58,487 bases of DNA, from NCBI GenBank assembly GCA_018398765.1, contig JAHBMJ010000047.1, forward strand, positions 1-58,487, given 5' to 3'. This DNA is from Chromera velia (Eukaryota). The translations under genes were made by a program, and so were the position numbers. The notes below the pieces were generated by a model that was not told where the DNA came from, did not search any database, and saw nothing but the letters and a program-made list of their open reading frames with translations. Shown piece after piece: positions 25,020-37,999 of the stretch (its first letter is position 1; each line of letters begins with the position of its first letter).

Positions 25020-27440
25020 GGGACGTACTAAGTTCCCCTGTCTTTTGAGAGCTTGAGTTTGGTCTGTCTATCTGTACATATGACATCGGTTGGGCACCAC
25101 AATGTTTTTGCTCTCATTGCCCTAAGTTCCTACCGAACAAACCGAAGCATACCTTGAAGACAAGGCTCAGATCTCACCTCTCCTGTCTCCAACTGTTCCA
25201 TCAAAGGGGCAAAATCAGTCACAAATTCAATCGGGACCTTCTTCTGCCATAGAGCCTTAGTAAACGACTTCCATGATGCATATGCTTTCTTCACTGTCTC
25301 ATGCTGCGCACACAGTTCAGAAGACGTGCTGGAATTCAGGACTCTCTTGATCTGTTTTGACTTCCATGCAAAGAGATTGCTCTCTCACATAGATCCAATC
25401 AACTTGGTCTAATCTACCAGGAACGCCTTGTACCCTGCCCTCCCTTCTCCCCGAAAAAGAGAAAAAGAACCGTGACACACGGTCGTGAAAGTCAACGATC
25501 TTAGGATTATGATAAGAAGTGAAGACAAGAGCCTCAGGCTTTTCCGTTTCTTGAGCATACAAAAGGAGACGCAACACCCCCTCAACCTTTTCTGTAGAAG
25601 GTCGAATGGACCATCAGGACAGTTTGCTGAAAAGAAAAGAGATGGAAGGAAGACTACGCACAACCCACCCCGTTACCCTAGCCGTAACCCCTATGCATTT
25701 CTGCATTAACGCAATGAGATCCTCCAACACTTCTCCTTCTTCAGGAGGCTCAAGAAGAGATGCATTCAATCTCCCCCCAAACAATTTCTTCTCATCTATT
25801 TCGATTGAATCGAAGTATCATTTCTGTCCGATTTTATACCCCTTCTACGTGTGAGTGAGGGTTATGCCGACATACTCGAAACTCTCTCCTTCTTCCAACA
25901 ACTCAGGCTCGTCTATTTTGAGCCTTTTCTGAATGGGAGCAAAGTGAATGAGTGGATCGGCAGCAAAGATAAGCAAATCATCCACATACATCAGTATGAT
26001 TGCGATGATCTCTCCTTTTTCATCCTTCTTCACAAACATACTCTCTCTCAGCTCTTCCCACCCTTCCTCCTTTGCAATCTTCTTGAAGCTCTGAGTGTAG
26101 AGACGCGAGGCATCCTTCAACCCATACATCGCTTTATTCAAACAAAAGACTGACCCTGCTTTCATCTACTCAGGCAGACCGGCGGGAAGCTTGTTAAGCA
26201 ACCAAACATATACTTTATCCTTCATTTCAGCAGTCAGAAATACAGTTCGGACATCTGATTTTGCGCACCCCCATCCTTTTGTTGCCGCAAAAGAAAGTAC
26301 AAGCAAGACAGATCACCAATCAGCTTTCTCAAAGTATGTCTGTAGGTCTTTCCTATCGTCTTGGAACCCCTTCACAACCAGACGTGCTTTTGCGACTCTC
26401 TTTCCCCCTTTTAGTTTCCAAGTCAGGACCCATCGACACCTCATGACTTTCCTGCCTTTCGGGATATGCACCCCCCGACGGAAGACCGTTTCATCCAGGA
26501 ATCGCTGCAGCTCATCGAACATTCCTTTCTTATGACTGCCACTCTCCACCTCTTCATTCGTTGCATCAATGTGTCCTTTTCGAAGATTTACATGATTCAT
26601 CATTTTTTCGACAACAGTCGGATCAACGGGAACGATCCGAGGGAGAAAACGTCTCTTCTTCTCCTTTTCTGCAATCAAACGATCCAGTTCTTCCTTTAAT
26701 TTCCCTAAACGCTCTCTCAGGCTGGAGTCTCAGTGCTTCTTCCTTCTCTTCATCATCCTGTGTACCCTGCACTTCCTCTCTACCTTCTTGCGTATGAAAC
26801 GCGTTCCCATCGCTGTCTAACCCCCAATCCACCTCAATGTCTTCAGCGACAGGGGACGGAGGCACAGCCCCTCCGTCTTCTCTTTCTTCTTTCTTTGGCA
26901 GCCGTCTGGCCCCCCTTCTGGGCTCTAAGTCCCTGTCTGCTTCCCCTCTTCTAGCCCCTCTTTCTTCTCTCTCCCCTTCCTCTCCCCCCTCCTGCTATGC
27001 ATGTATCTCAAGCTGACCTGTCTGAATTTGTATGCCTGTAGGGCTTTGAAGGGGAAAAGAAAAAGGCTGCGCACCTCCTGTGTCCGCCAACACAGAAGTT
27101 GCAACATAGCGCTCACATAGTCTAGCGGCCGTGTGAGAGACCTAGGTGAGAGACAGAAGGAAAGAAATGAGCAGACGCGAAAGAAAAAGAGAACTTTGTA
27201 GGAGGACGATCTCCCGCATCACAAGGCACCTCCTCAAGATCAACATCCAAGAAAGACCCATCATCCACCTCATCTGACCCTCTCCCCTTACCCCCCAATC
27301 CCAGAGACACCCCAGAAAGAGAAAGAGAAGACGAGGAAGAAGAAAAAGAATCATTCATATTCCCACCCTGTCCCCCCTCCCTTTTTGATTCTCCTGAAGA
27401 AGAGAGAGAAGAGTTGAACAGTTTGCGATCCATGCCTCTC
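25020..27440 (-). mobile_element. Degenerate Ty1/copia LTR retrotransposon, RT-RNase H fragment
   Basis: RT motifs RWVLTWK, KARLVVKGF, DVRTVFL, LNKAMYGLKDASR and MYVDDLL at 25845-26678; copia-type RNase H remnants (FVTDFAP..LWCPTDVICTDRQTK) at ~25060-25250. In-frame stops and frameshifts; no gag, integrase or paired LTRs recognised. Confidence 0.9.
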
Positions 27441-28665
27441 TACACAATAAGTGAGACAGAAGAGAGAGGAACACGAATGGGCTTCTAACCATTATTCTTT
27501 CTAATTATGACCTTCACCACATTTAAATTTTCAATTCCACCAAAGAACCTCTCGACACCATGCACAGGCTCTTCGTCTTTCTTTCTCAGACGGGCATCGT
27601 ACATACACACCAACAGTAATGGAGGGAATCTCGGCCCTCCTCAATTAAAAAAGTGAAAGGCGCTGCACGGTGCAAGACATTGCAAGACGGCGTAAATATA
27701 CGTGGACGGCAGCGGCCGATCTATAGTATGTGTGCGCACTTAATTTGCATGTATGATGGCCCCGGAGGGCGGAGCAAAGCCTGAAGTATATTTGCACGGA
27801 GTAGCACAGAGAGTAATTAACGATCAACCCTTCCGGGCGCTATTCAGTTTTTCACTTCTTAAACAAAAAAAAAAAATGAAACTTTAAGAAAGTCTTAGAA
27901 TGTCTTAGAAAGATAATAGGATTTATCTATTTGATACCATCTGACCAATGACCAGCCGAGAATTGCCCTCCAGAACAACATTTTAAAATATTTTAAACAT
28001 ATTTTAAAACGACATTCGCACTGAGCGCCTTCGACACCAACCGCGAAACCCTCAATAAGTCCCCTTAATCATCAGAATTGCCTCTGGCGCTTTTGGCGCT
28101 ATTCGGCGCCACCAAGATCTGCTCCTCTAGAAAACAACATCTTAGACGACTTCCAGCCGCGGAGTACAAAGTGACTAGTCTCTACTAGTCTCACTTATGT
28201 ATGTATACATAGGCCAGCTATAATCTCTGGGCTATATTACAGTGGCTAATAAATTAATAATGCTGCTAATTAAGGCGCATATAACCACGTTTTCAAAATG
28301 CCCCAGCCTTAAAATCTGATATATCCTAATGAATTGGTGTGAGGGGCGTGCCTGGGGCTGAGACGTCGGGCTGTACATGTGGTGGCACGAGAGGTGCTGC
28401 CAGGGCATGAGCGCGCATAGTATAGGTACCGGGACCGGCTCGGAGACGGCTTGCCGCCGGGCCACGAGCGCGCGCGATCATATCGATTTTAGTGAACTTT
28501 GAAGGCTGCTATGGGACAAAGCCAAATAAATGCAGTTAATGGTTCGAACAGCCTGGTGCATGAAGTGATCAACAGACTGTTTGACTGGCTAGATTGAACA
28601 CTAACGTTTCTAGGTCAGACGTACCTTCGGACCATCATATAGCATTGTACTGTTCATCTTATAGT

Positions 28666-28677
28666 TGGTAGCAGAGC
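28666..28677 (+). other. Primer-binding site complementary to initiator tRNA-Met 3' end
   Basis: TGGTAGCAGAGC, two nt after a likely LTR end (..CTTATA, expected ..CA) and ~45 nt upstream of the gag frame. Confidence 0.75.
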
Positions 28678-29559
28678 CCCTTTCCAGCCTCAGATAAGGG
28701 TGGAGAGAAAAGTTTCCAAGTGTCGCTTCAGACTGAGAATTGCTCTTCCTTCCTTCGGCTCGATACGCTGATGGAAGGTGCGCAGAATGTTGGGGCTCCG
28801 GGCATTCCAGAAGTGTTTGGGGCCCTTGAAACATTGTCCAATTCGATGCGCATCGTTCAGGAAACGCAGGCCTTGCAGGGTCAACAATTGATTTTGCAGG
28901 GATAGGCTTTGGAGACACAAGGATAGGCTATTCAAGCTGTCCAATCAGGCCTTTCTCTATGATCGTCCCAGGTTTTCCCTCCGATCCTTCAGAGCTCGCC
29001 TGCTGGTGCGAGCACTGATACTGGTCCTGGTCACTGCGCGAGCAAGGTTGTGGAGCTTCTCACCAAGTTGGTGTTCTCTGGCAAGAAGGAGGAGCTTCAG
29101 AGATGGCTGAAGGACGTAGAAGACTTCTTTGAGCTGAACGAGGTGAGGAAATCGAAGAAAATGAAGATGGCGAAAGGCCGGCTACCGGCCTATTTGAAGG
29201 AATGGTATGAGAAGTTTGAGGAGGAGCATGGAGTGTTCTCAAACTGGGAGTCGCTGAAGACTGAACTCATGGAGAGACTGAAGGTAACCATGGAGAGGAG
29301 TATCGCTCGGGCAAAGCTTCAGGCACTTCGCTGCACTGAAGCCTTAGGGGTGGAGAAGTATAACGAGGCCTTCTCTCAGTTGGTGGGCCAGCTTCCCCAC
29401 CTGTGGGAGGAAGACGTTGTCGAGGACTACATCAAGGGACTGCCGAACTCTATCGCCCTCGACGTTGCGAAGGCGAAGACACACACGTTGTTAGAGATAC
29501 AGAAGGAGGCAACCGAGATCGAAGCCTTCCTCTCCTCCCGAGCAAAAGGATTTTCTTAA
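28666..29559 (+). mobile_element. Ty3/gypsy-type LTR retrotransposon remnant: PBS + gag capsid pseudogene, 3'-truncated
   Basis: One frame 28720-29559 with three internal stops (28903, 28924, 28960); capsid-like FSGKKEELQRWLKDVEDFF, WESLKTELMERL, VEKYNEAFSQL, YIKGLP. The 5' LTR presumably lies upstream of 28663 (start not defined). Confidence 0.8.
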
Positions 29560-31474
29560 AAATTGGTAGTTAGTTCTAGAAAAAAATTGGTAACTCCCAA
29601 TTTTTAGGTGACTCTAAGTGTTCATAGAATTTGTTCCTAGTAATGAATTAGAGTCTAATGACTGCGGCTAGAGTCTAATGACTGCTTCTATAGAAAGCTA
29701 GTCTAGAAGCCGGTATTCCGGGATCTTAACTTCGCTTTTAAACACTTTTTAATAAAAGTCTGTTTTCTCTTCATATTCTAAGTATTAGAATTTGAATCTA
29801 CAACTATGCTTCCGAAATTATCGACGAAATGTAGCAAAGCCAAACTTTCATTCATTCATTAATTGTTAATTATTGTCCGTCATACTAGTATTTTTACCTT
29901 CAGTATCGACAACGGCATACAACGGCATTAATTATAAGCATTTCAAAAGTTTATTGCCTTAATTCAAAATTTAATTAATAATATTCTACATCATATAAGA
30001 TTCATAACAAGCGTCGAAACGCTTTCTAAAGAAACTATTACTCTAACAGTTGATTATCAAACTGAAGCAATGAAGCCTAGTAGAGACCGTATAATTCATA
30101 CGCTAAAGCACATGCTAGTAATAAGAGCACACGCAATTAACACATAATATCAATTTATGAATATATGATTTGTATCGCTACGAACGTACGCTGGTCCGTC
30201 GCTGGACATGACGATTCGCTGTTGCACAGTAACTTGCACAGCAGTGCAAGCGCAAAAGGGAAGTGAAGTTCCCAAAAAAGTTCTAACGCCGTGCCACAGA
30301 ACAAACGCCCTGCATGGTGGTGGCAAAGCAACAGGCAAGCAAACACCCAAGACACAGCTTTGCAACGATGCAAGCTGTCATTTCAATGAAGCTGCAAGCC
30401 TGCCTTTACAGGGGAAGTGCATGCCGACCGACCGACAGTCAATTCCCGACAGAACGGGTCGCGGTTGATCCGTGTCTTTATCCCCTAGTTCCCTCCAGTG
30501 GCTTTTGATCAGGCAGGCCCACACGGGAGGATCTCTCTCCGACACGTATGGGAATAGAATAGTAACAAAAGAATACAATGGAAATAAATGCATGAAAGGT
30601 GCAGAAATAGAAACAAAGACGTACGTGTGGAGAAAGACGAAAGGTGAGAGAGCCCTCGCGATTCTGCTTAATTCTCCTCTGCGGCGACGTGGCCGCTCGC
30701 TGTCACCGACTGACAGGCCCGGCCAGCAGAGAGCAAGAAGGGAAGAAGAGACAGACAGCAACAGCATCTTAAGCTTGAAAAAAAAAAAAACAAGAATCGC
30801 CAGACGCTGATCGACTCATTGAACACAGACATACCAAACAGACAGACAGGAGCGTTCATGCAAGCGAGGACAAGAGAGAAGTGAATTCTGAGATTGACTG
30901 CAATTCAGATCATCACAGTCGAAAAAAGAAAACAGATGAAAGGCTGCGTGCACGCATGTTCAAATGAGCGGCATGCGAGTGACAGAGAGAGAGAGAGACG
31001 AGTAGATTAAGAAAGGAAAGAAATAGAAATAGAGGACCTCTGCCTGTTCATTGCTTGCCTGTGTGTGACCACGGCTTTTGGGAAAATTCTGGATGAGCAG
31101 GGAGGTCAAAAGTGCGCTTGCAGTAATTAAGAAAGAGAGAAGTAAGTTAAGAAAGAACAGTAGAGAACATTCGGCGAGCGTAACAAAGAAGAGTGTAAAA
31201 AAGAGATAGCCGAATTAAGAAAGGAAAAGCAGCAGCAAAAATCAGAGAGTGCGAAGAAAAGATTTGCGGAGACCGAATCCCTCTTTCTTTCCTGCTTTTT
31301 GTTTGCCTGCGTTTCTCCTCACGTCCATGAAATCCTGTTTGATCATCGTACCGAAACCCGACTCTCTAATTGACTTCTTCTCCTTCTACTCCATCTTTCT
31401 GTTGTGCTCCCCATCCAGTCGTCTGTCGATCTCATTTCTTTTCGAGTCTTGTTTGTCCTCCGCCTCTCTTTTTG

Positions 31475-31520
31475 GTTTGACGTCAGTTTCATGTTGATGT
31501 TTGACGTCAGTTTCATGTTG
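31475..31520. repeat. 22-bp direct repeat (period 24), each copy containing TGACGTCA
   Basis: GTTTGACGTCAGTTTCATGTTG at 31475-31496 and 31499-31520. Confidence 0.85.
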
Positions 31521-31846
31521 GTGGCCTTTGAAGGACGCACGTGGATGCGCGTGACGCTCTTCCTCTCTCTAGATGTAAGTGGGGGAAGTCCCTTTTCCAT
31601 CTGTCTCTTTCTTTTCTTGATTTCACTGAATTTCCTTTCTTCTTCTGTCTTCGTTTTGGTGATCTCTCCGCCTCTTCCCGTCCGACTGTTTGAGCTTCAC
31701 TTCTACAACGCTCCCATATGTTTCTTTTCTTTCCACCGCTTTTCTGCAGTGTCCTCCTTTTTCCTTTCGATGAACTGCACGGTAGACAGATCTTTCAAGG
31801 TGCTTGCGACGTTTTCAATTTTGACGTTTTTCTTTTTAAGCCGCGG

Positions 31847-31882
<36 letters not shown>

Positions 31883-34800
31883 GAGTTACTTTCTTTCTTC
31901 TTTCTGCTTCTGGGCGAACCACTGTTCCTTCCTCGCGTTCAACTTTCGTGTCCGTTGCTCGATCCTGTTTTCTTTCTTCCTCAACACCCCACACACAGTC
32001 AAGTGGATTTTCTCTCTTCCTTCTGTCACTTCTTTTCTCCCCTCTCGTCCAACACACACGCAGTGATCATGCAGCCACCCCCATCGAACGTCAGCGAATT
32101 CGACAACGAATTCAAGGAGGAATAGGAGTAGAAAGAAGAGAAAAAGAGCTAGAAGGAGAAAAGAGAGAGGAGAGGACAGTCCACTCCCGATCGCAGGAAA
32201 CGGTACAGCCAGCCTGCGTGCCTGACACATTCAGCAGACTCTCTCAGCAAACTTAAGAGTCATGCAGTCAGAGCAACAAAGGTTGAAGTGAATCAATCCC
32301 CCAACAGGAGGGAGATTGATTCACCTGCGAATACGTCACTTTCTTCTTCATCTCAACTGCTTCTCGGACCTCCTCCAACCAGGCCCCCCTGCACATCGAC
32401 ACTCCAACACCAGGCAAAAAGCTAGGTGTGTCGCATCGCTATTTCCGTGCTTTGCCTGCCTGTGATCCCCCTTCTTTGCCCCCCTTCTCCCTTCTTTAAA
32501 TCAAAAAAGGGCCAACGCCCACCCACACAGTCAGACAGACAGACAGATGCAGGAAGGCCCCACGGCTACACCTCATGCTACGAGTGCGTGAGCGCAACTC
32601 CAGACACATAGGTCTGTTCATTCTTTTGCCTACCTTCCGCCTTCCAGGCGCATCCATGCACATGCACCAAATGCAGTGAGGTGGAGAAGAAGTGAGCGAG
32701 TGAAGTTCGAACAACAGAAGTAAAAAAAAGAGGAAGAAGAAGAAGAAGCAGAAACCAAAATTCTGAAAGTCCCTCGTCAGGTTCTTTCTGACAGCAACGA
32801 TGTGCTTGTCTAGCTGCTGCATGTATACATGAGATAGATCTTCAATTAACATTTCCTTCTCCTTGCTCAGTCAGGTTCTCCCGACAACAGACAGAGATCT
32901 GCGGAGAAGAAAGCCGTTCCTTCCGTCTTTTCTTTCTTTCTTCTTTCTTTGTTTGTCAAGATTTCGAACTCGGGGCCTTTTTGCAAGACCTCAAAGCTAC
33001 TTTCCGCTTCCTCGTTCTAAGTTCTTTGCTGACTTCTTCGTTTGTCTTTCTCCCTTTCCCCTCCCCGCATTCCGCCGCCGTGCCCTTTCACTGGACTTGC
33101 TGCCGAATGCCCCCCGGTGAAAGAGAGAGAGGAAGATCGAATGAAGGAGAGTAACAGAAAGAACGACATTCGGGCCCTCATGTGTCTATGATGGCCTGCC
33201 TGCCCACCTGTCCTCGCCCCCCGCAAGCTCCTTCCGTGCCCTCTCTCTCTCAGACCATTGGGGGAGGGATACTCTCGACTCCTTCTTGTTTTGGCTTAAT
33301 CAAATAAACGCATACATGCAACGCGTCTCAAGAAGGAAGAAAGAGAGATAGATGCTTTAAATCTTTCTGTTGCATGCTTTCCTCGCTCGAAGATGATTTA
33401 AGAAAAGAATAAGAAAGAGAGAAATGACTGAAGGGGAAGGGACTTGCAATGCACTTGCAGAAGCAATCAGCGCGCAACGTCACCTATCCCTTCCAACTTC
33501 TAACCCCCACTCTGCTTTGTTTCCCTTTTGAGACTTCGGTCTCGAAGCACGAAACAAGAAAGGAATAGAATGACCCGGCCTCGGCAAAGAGTGAGTAAGA
33601 AAGGAAGAGAACGAATAGTCAGAGACTGCATGGGAGGAGCTTCTGGACGGCAGCAGTGAGCTGAGCAGACGAATAGACGGACGGACGGCCAGCAAGGGGA
33701 AAAAACTTCGGAAGTGATTAGGTTCTGTGGATCTTCATCGGTCGTCCTCGCACGACCAAAAAAGGCAGGCAATCACATAAAACGAAAAACCCCAGTCCTT
33801 TTTTTTGGTTTCTTTGTTTTAATCCTTTATCCTGTCCTTCCTGTCACTGTCAGGTCTTTGCCCACACAGTGAAGGAAGAAGAGAGGAAGGAAGGAAAAAA
33901 GAAGCGACACAGACGAAAAAACAAACAAAAGTCAAAAGAAGTAAGCAAGAATGTGGACCAACGAGGCGTGTGTTTCTCTTTCGTGTAAAAGGTTAAAGAA
34001 AGGTTGTCTACATCCGCCGTACGAAACGAACGAGCTTCACTTGCTGAAACAAAAAAAGCAAAGACAGGGATAGAGAACAAAAGGAGCCCCACCCCCCCGC
34101 CCGCCCAGTCCGACCCTTCCCAACGGTTGCAACGCCTCCCCTCTTTTTGATGGAGCCCTTGGTTTGACCCCCTCTTGAAGCACCGACAGAAAGAGAAAGA
34201 GAAAGAGAGGGAAAGGAAGAGAGACTACAGCGGGGACAGAAAGAAAAAAGACGGGGAGAAGCAAATTCTCTCCTCGAATGACTCAACGAATGAACTGAAA
34301 GTGAACACAAAAAAGGATGAAGAAACGACCATGAAAGAAAAGTCGGTTAAACCAATTCCAAAGAAAAAAGTTAGTTAGGCAACAGTCACTAGAGACAGAC
34401 CAGAAAAGTGATCGGAGCTTCACTTGCGTGTGTTGTAAGTGTTCTCCTCTCGCCTCTGCCCATCCTTTGTTTGATTTGACTCACACCCGACTTCTTCGCT
34501 CCACTTGCTACATGTGTTTCCATTTCCGGCTAGCTGTCTTGTTAGAAAAGCTCTCTCTCTATACTGCTTTGTGCACCCCCCTCACTCTCTCTTCCCGCCC
34601 CCAGCCCACTCACAAAATCGCGGCTTTACACAGTTTGTGTAGAAACGAACTACGTAAAGATGCAAAATTCCATGCACAAAACGGTAAGCAAGCCAGCTTC
34701 CTGCATGTCTGACCATTGAGGGATGAGGAAGAGGAGGAAGAAAAAAGAGAAGCCGGAGAAAGAAAAGACGAAGAAGCCGGAGAAAGAGGAGAAGCAGAAA

Positions 34801-36840
34801 AAGGAGAGGCGAGAGTGAGAGAAGAAGAAAACTGCCAAACGGTTCAGTTCATTGGAAGTAACTCCAATTAGCTTTCGTCTGTGCGTCGTTCGTGTGATTT
34901 AAGTCGATTCCATCTGTCTAGTCAGGATGATGTGGTTGGTGAAGGACAACAAGGTATTCCTTCTCTTTCCATTTGGTTTGATTGCTTGATTTCCAAAATC
35001 CTTTTGAATGTTAACACTTTGTTTGTGCTTGCATGGAAAGACATTCTTTCCTCATCCATTTATGTGAAGGCGCGCTTTCTTGCCTCAGACAGGCAGACGA
35101 CCACGCAGCCTCGCTCTGCTTCGTTTGATTGTCCAAATGAGAAGAAACTGACAAAAGAAAAAAAACACCCAAAGCCCTCCCCCCCTCGGTCTCTTTTGAG
35201 ACTGAAACAATCCGCGTGACATACATGCGTGCTGTTCCACTTTTCCCCCCGTCCCTCCTTCTTTCTACTCAAGCAGGAGCTAGGGGAGTGGAGGCGCGAA
35301 AGGGACCCAAAACGAGACCAACAAGACGAGACAAAAGATCGTGACAAAAGATGCAGAATTAAGTGCTTGATGAAATTTAAACCTCTTGACGGACGCAAGG
35401 ACGCATGATGCGTGCGTCAATTGAAATTTAAACCTCGATCACGCATGGCATCATCAACACACAGACAGCACATTAGTTGCATACAGACAGACAAACAAGC
35501 GCACATGAAAAAAAGGTCAGACGAGAATCAGAGGGGGGAAGGAAGAGTGGAAAAAAACGAGTTTGACTACTAGTTGCCTGATACATTTTTCCCTCGTGGG
35601 GGCCGACAGGGTAGTCAAGACAGAGAGAGACGAATGCAGACGGATAGGAAGGAAGAGGGCAGTCAAAGCGAGACTTGCATGTTTGCTTGCATGTTGGGTC
35701 AAATGAATGAAAAGGAGGCGCAAAATGGACAAAACGGATTCTGCATGCATGCATCGACATTTCTTTCATCATACAAACTCACGCATCGACATGACTTCCT
35801 TCACCGATCGCGTGGGAGTTTTTGAAGAAAAACAAAAAAAAGAGAACGAAGGTAAATTTCAAGATGGTGGGAAATTGGGGGTTGATTGAGTGTGAAACTC
35901 AGCAGTAGAGGAAATGGCGGGGTCGGAGCTGCACGTTAGGGAGACAGATTTCTTTTTTGTTCTGCGAATCGGCTTCTTGAAATATCCCCTCGAGGAAAAG
36001 AGGGGCCGTCGTTTGTTCAGCTTCCCCCCTTCTGTTCTTCATTACCCCTCATTTCCCTCCTATGCAGGCAAAATACCCAAACCCCACCCAGCAGAAACTG
36101 CGCACAGTCCCATCCCCACCTTCTTTCCTTCCTTATGAGTGAAGAGAGAGAAACTCGATCAGTCTCTTCCCTTCACTCCCCCAAATACCCTCACTTAATT
36201 GCTTGCACTCATTCATTTGATTTGTGACTCCCAAGACCGGACAGATAGACAGAGAGCGCGCTGCCTGTCGATCTCAGACAACTCACTCCTTCTGACTTCC
36301 GTCCCAAAACTCTTCCTTCCTTCAGCAGCATCATCGACTCATGGAAGGAGGGAGGAAGTTGAGAGGAGCAGCGATTCCTGCAGGCAGGAAGGGAGAGAAA
36401 CAGCAAAGGCTCATTTTCATTTCAGCTTCCTCCTTCAATCCCCAATTCTCTTGTTCGTTTTTGAGGAGAAAAGTACAATTCTGGCCAACCAGTCGAGAAG
36501 CAGGTCCTGCGCACGGGTTCAAAATGCACGGAAGGAAGTCTGTGGCTTTTCATCGCGACAGAGAGAAGATGTGTGCTCACATTTCAACTGGTAGCGAAGA
36601 AAAGAGAGGCGCTGAAACAAGGCAGTTGTGCAGATGGACAGCGACGGGTACCTTCATTCAGCCAACACTACCGTGGAGATTCTTGCACTCTTCGGTTTTC
36701 CGCAGACAAAGACAAAGAGACGCACAGGGAGACAGAAAGAGTGGCTGGTTGCACCATTGAGGTTCCGTACCACCTCTCATACACACGAACGAAGAGAGCA
36801 GACTCACCTTGAGCAGCCCCCTTCTCGCTCTTCCTCTTCC

Positions 36841-37353
36841 TCACGACTCCTGCTCCTCTTTGTAGAGTTCGTACCAGGCCATCTGAACAGCCTCCAGTTT
36901 CCCTTCCGAGACCTTCTCCTTCTGTGAACTGTCGACCTCGTCTAGGGACAAAACCAGGTCACAAAGCTCAGTGAACCTGAGGGTGAGGGGATCCTTCTCG
37001 GGGTACTTCTCAAGCAGCTTCTCTGCAATGTCTTCCGAGTCGTTCCATGTCAGCTTGACTTCTTCACTCTCTGAAATGGGATACAGTCTCTCGCTCTCAC
37101 CCCTGCCAGGAAGACGCCCTTGAGAAATGCCGCTGCTCCCTTCTCTCCGCCTCCACCTAGGATCGAGCGAGGGCATCACGGGAGAGTTCTGGGGACTGCC
37201 GAGTGCACCTGAGCGGCTGCTGCAAGTACTACTGCTACTGCTACAAGCGGTGCGGCTGGCGGCTCTCCACGGACTTCCGTTTCTAGGGGCATAGATGAGG
37301 CACAGGTCGTGGCCTCTGATGCTCTGCACAACGAATTTTCCGCAGCGGCGCAT
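36841..37353 (-). CDS. iscX: Fe-S cluster assembly protein IscX (YfhJ) with Arg/Ser-rich N-terminal extension
   Basis: C-terminal ~70 aa LTWNDSEDIAEKLLEKYPEKDPLTLRFTELCDLVLSL..EGKLEAVQMAWYE match the IscX consensus; the ~100-aa R/S-rich leader suggests an organellar presequence. Start codon not proven. Confidence 0.9.
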   Translation of the reverse strand: MRRCGKFVVQSIRGHDLCLIYAPRNGSPWRAASRTACSSSSSTCSSRSGALGSPQNSPVMPSLDPRWRRREGSSGISQGRLPGRGESERLYPISESEEVKLTWNDSEDIAEKLLEKYPEKDPLTLRFTELCDLVLSLDEVDSSQKEKVSEGKLEAVQMAWYELYKEEQES

Positions 37354-37999
37354 TTTCTCTCTTTCAACTCTTCAAGTAGTAAAGGCGCGCGTGATTGGAA
37401 GGATCTCCAGGGCAGGGGACAAACAGCAGATCAAAAGAGAGGCTTTAAAGGAAGATGCTGATGTACTAGCACGTTGGTATAGTGGTTGTTTTTGGTCTTC
37501 GCGCTCTCCTCTGTCTCAATGGATTTCGACCTCCAAAGCCAGTCGATCAGTGAGAGAGCCAACAACCAGGCACCTGCAAAGACTGTCAAAATTGTATGGC
37601 GGAGATGTAGTCCACGGATTGTAGTCCATCTGGATTCGATCATGTTTCGAAACAGGCATGCAGGAAAATCTCGAGCCTTCTAAGACTTTTCGATCGCGCG
37701 CGCCGCTGCCTAAATACGAAGCCGAAAAAGTATAAGTGCCCCTCATTGCCCGCACTCCGTGCGAATGGCCCGGAAAGCGAAGTCAACTTCGTTCCCGCTC
37801 ATGCGTGGCCAAGCTAATTAACCAGGCTATCCTAGGGTAGCCTAAGGGCACCTACAAATTAAGAGTCTAAGGTTTATACAAGTTTTTTTTTTTTTTTGAG
37901 TAAAAGCATTTTGAATTGTAGTTTGTGCAAGGGAGCGCGCGTATGTCACGGCATGTCGTATATTTGAATTCCAGATTGAAAAATTTGACGCATGCAAAT

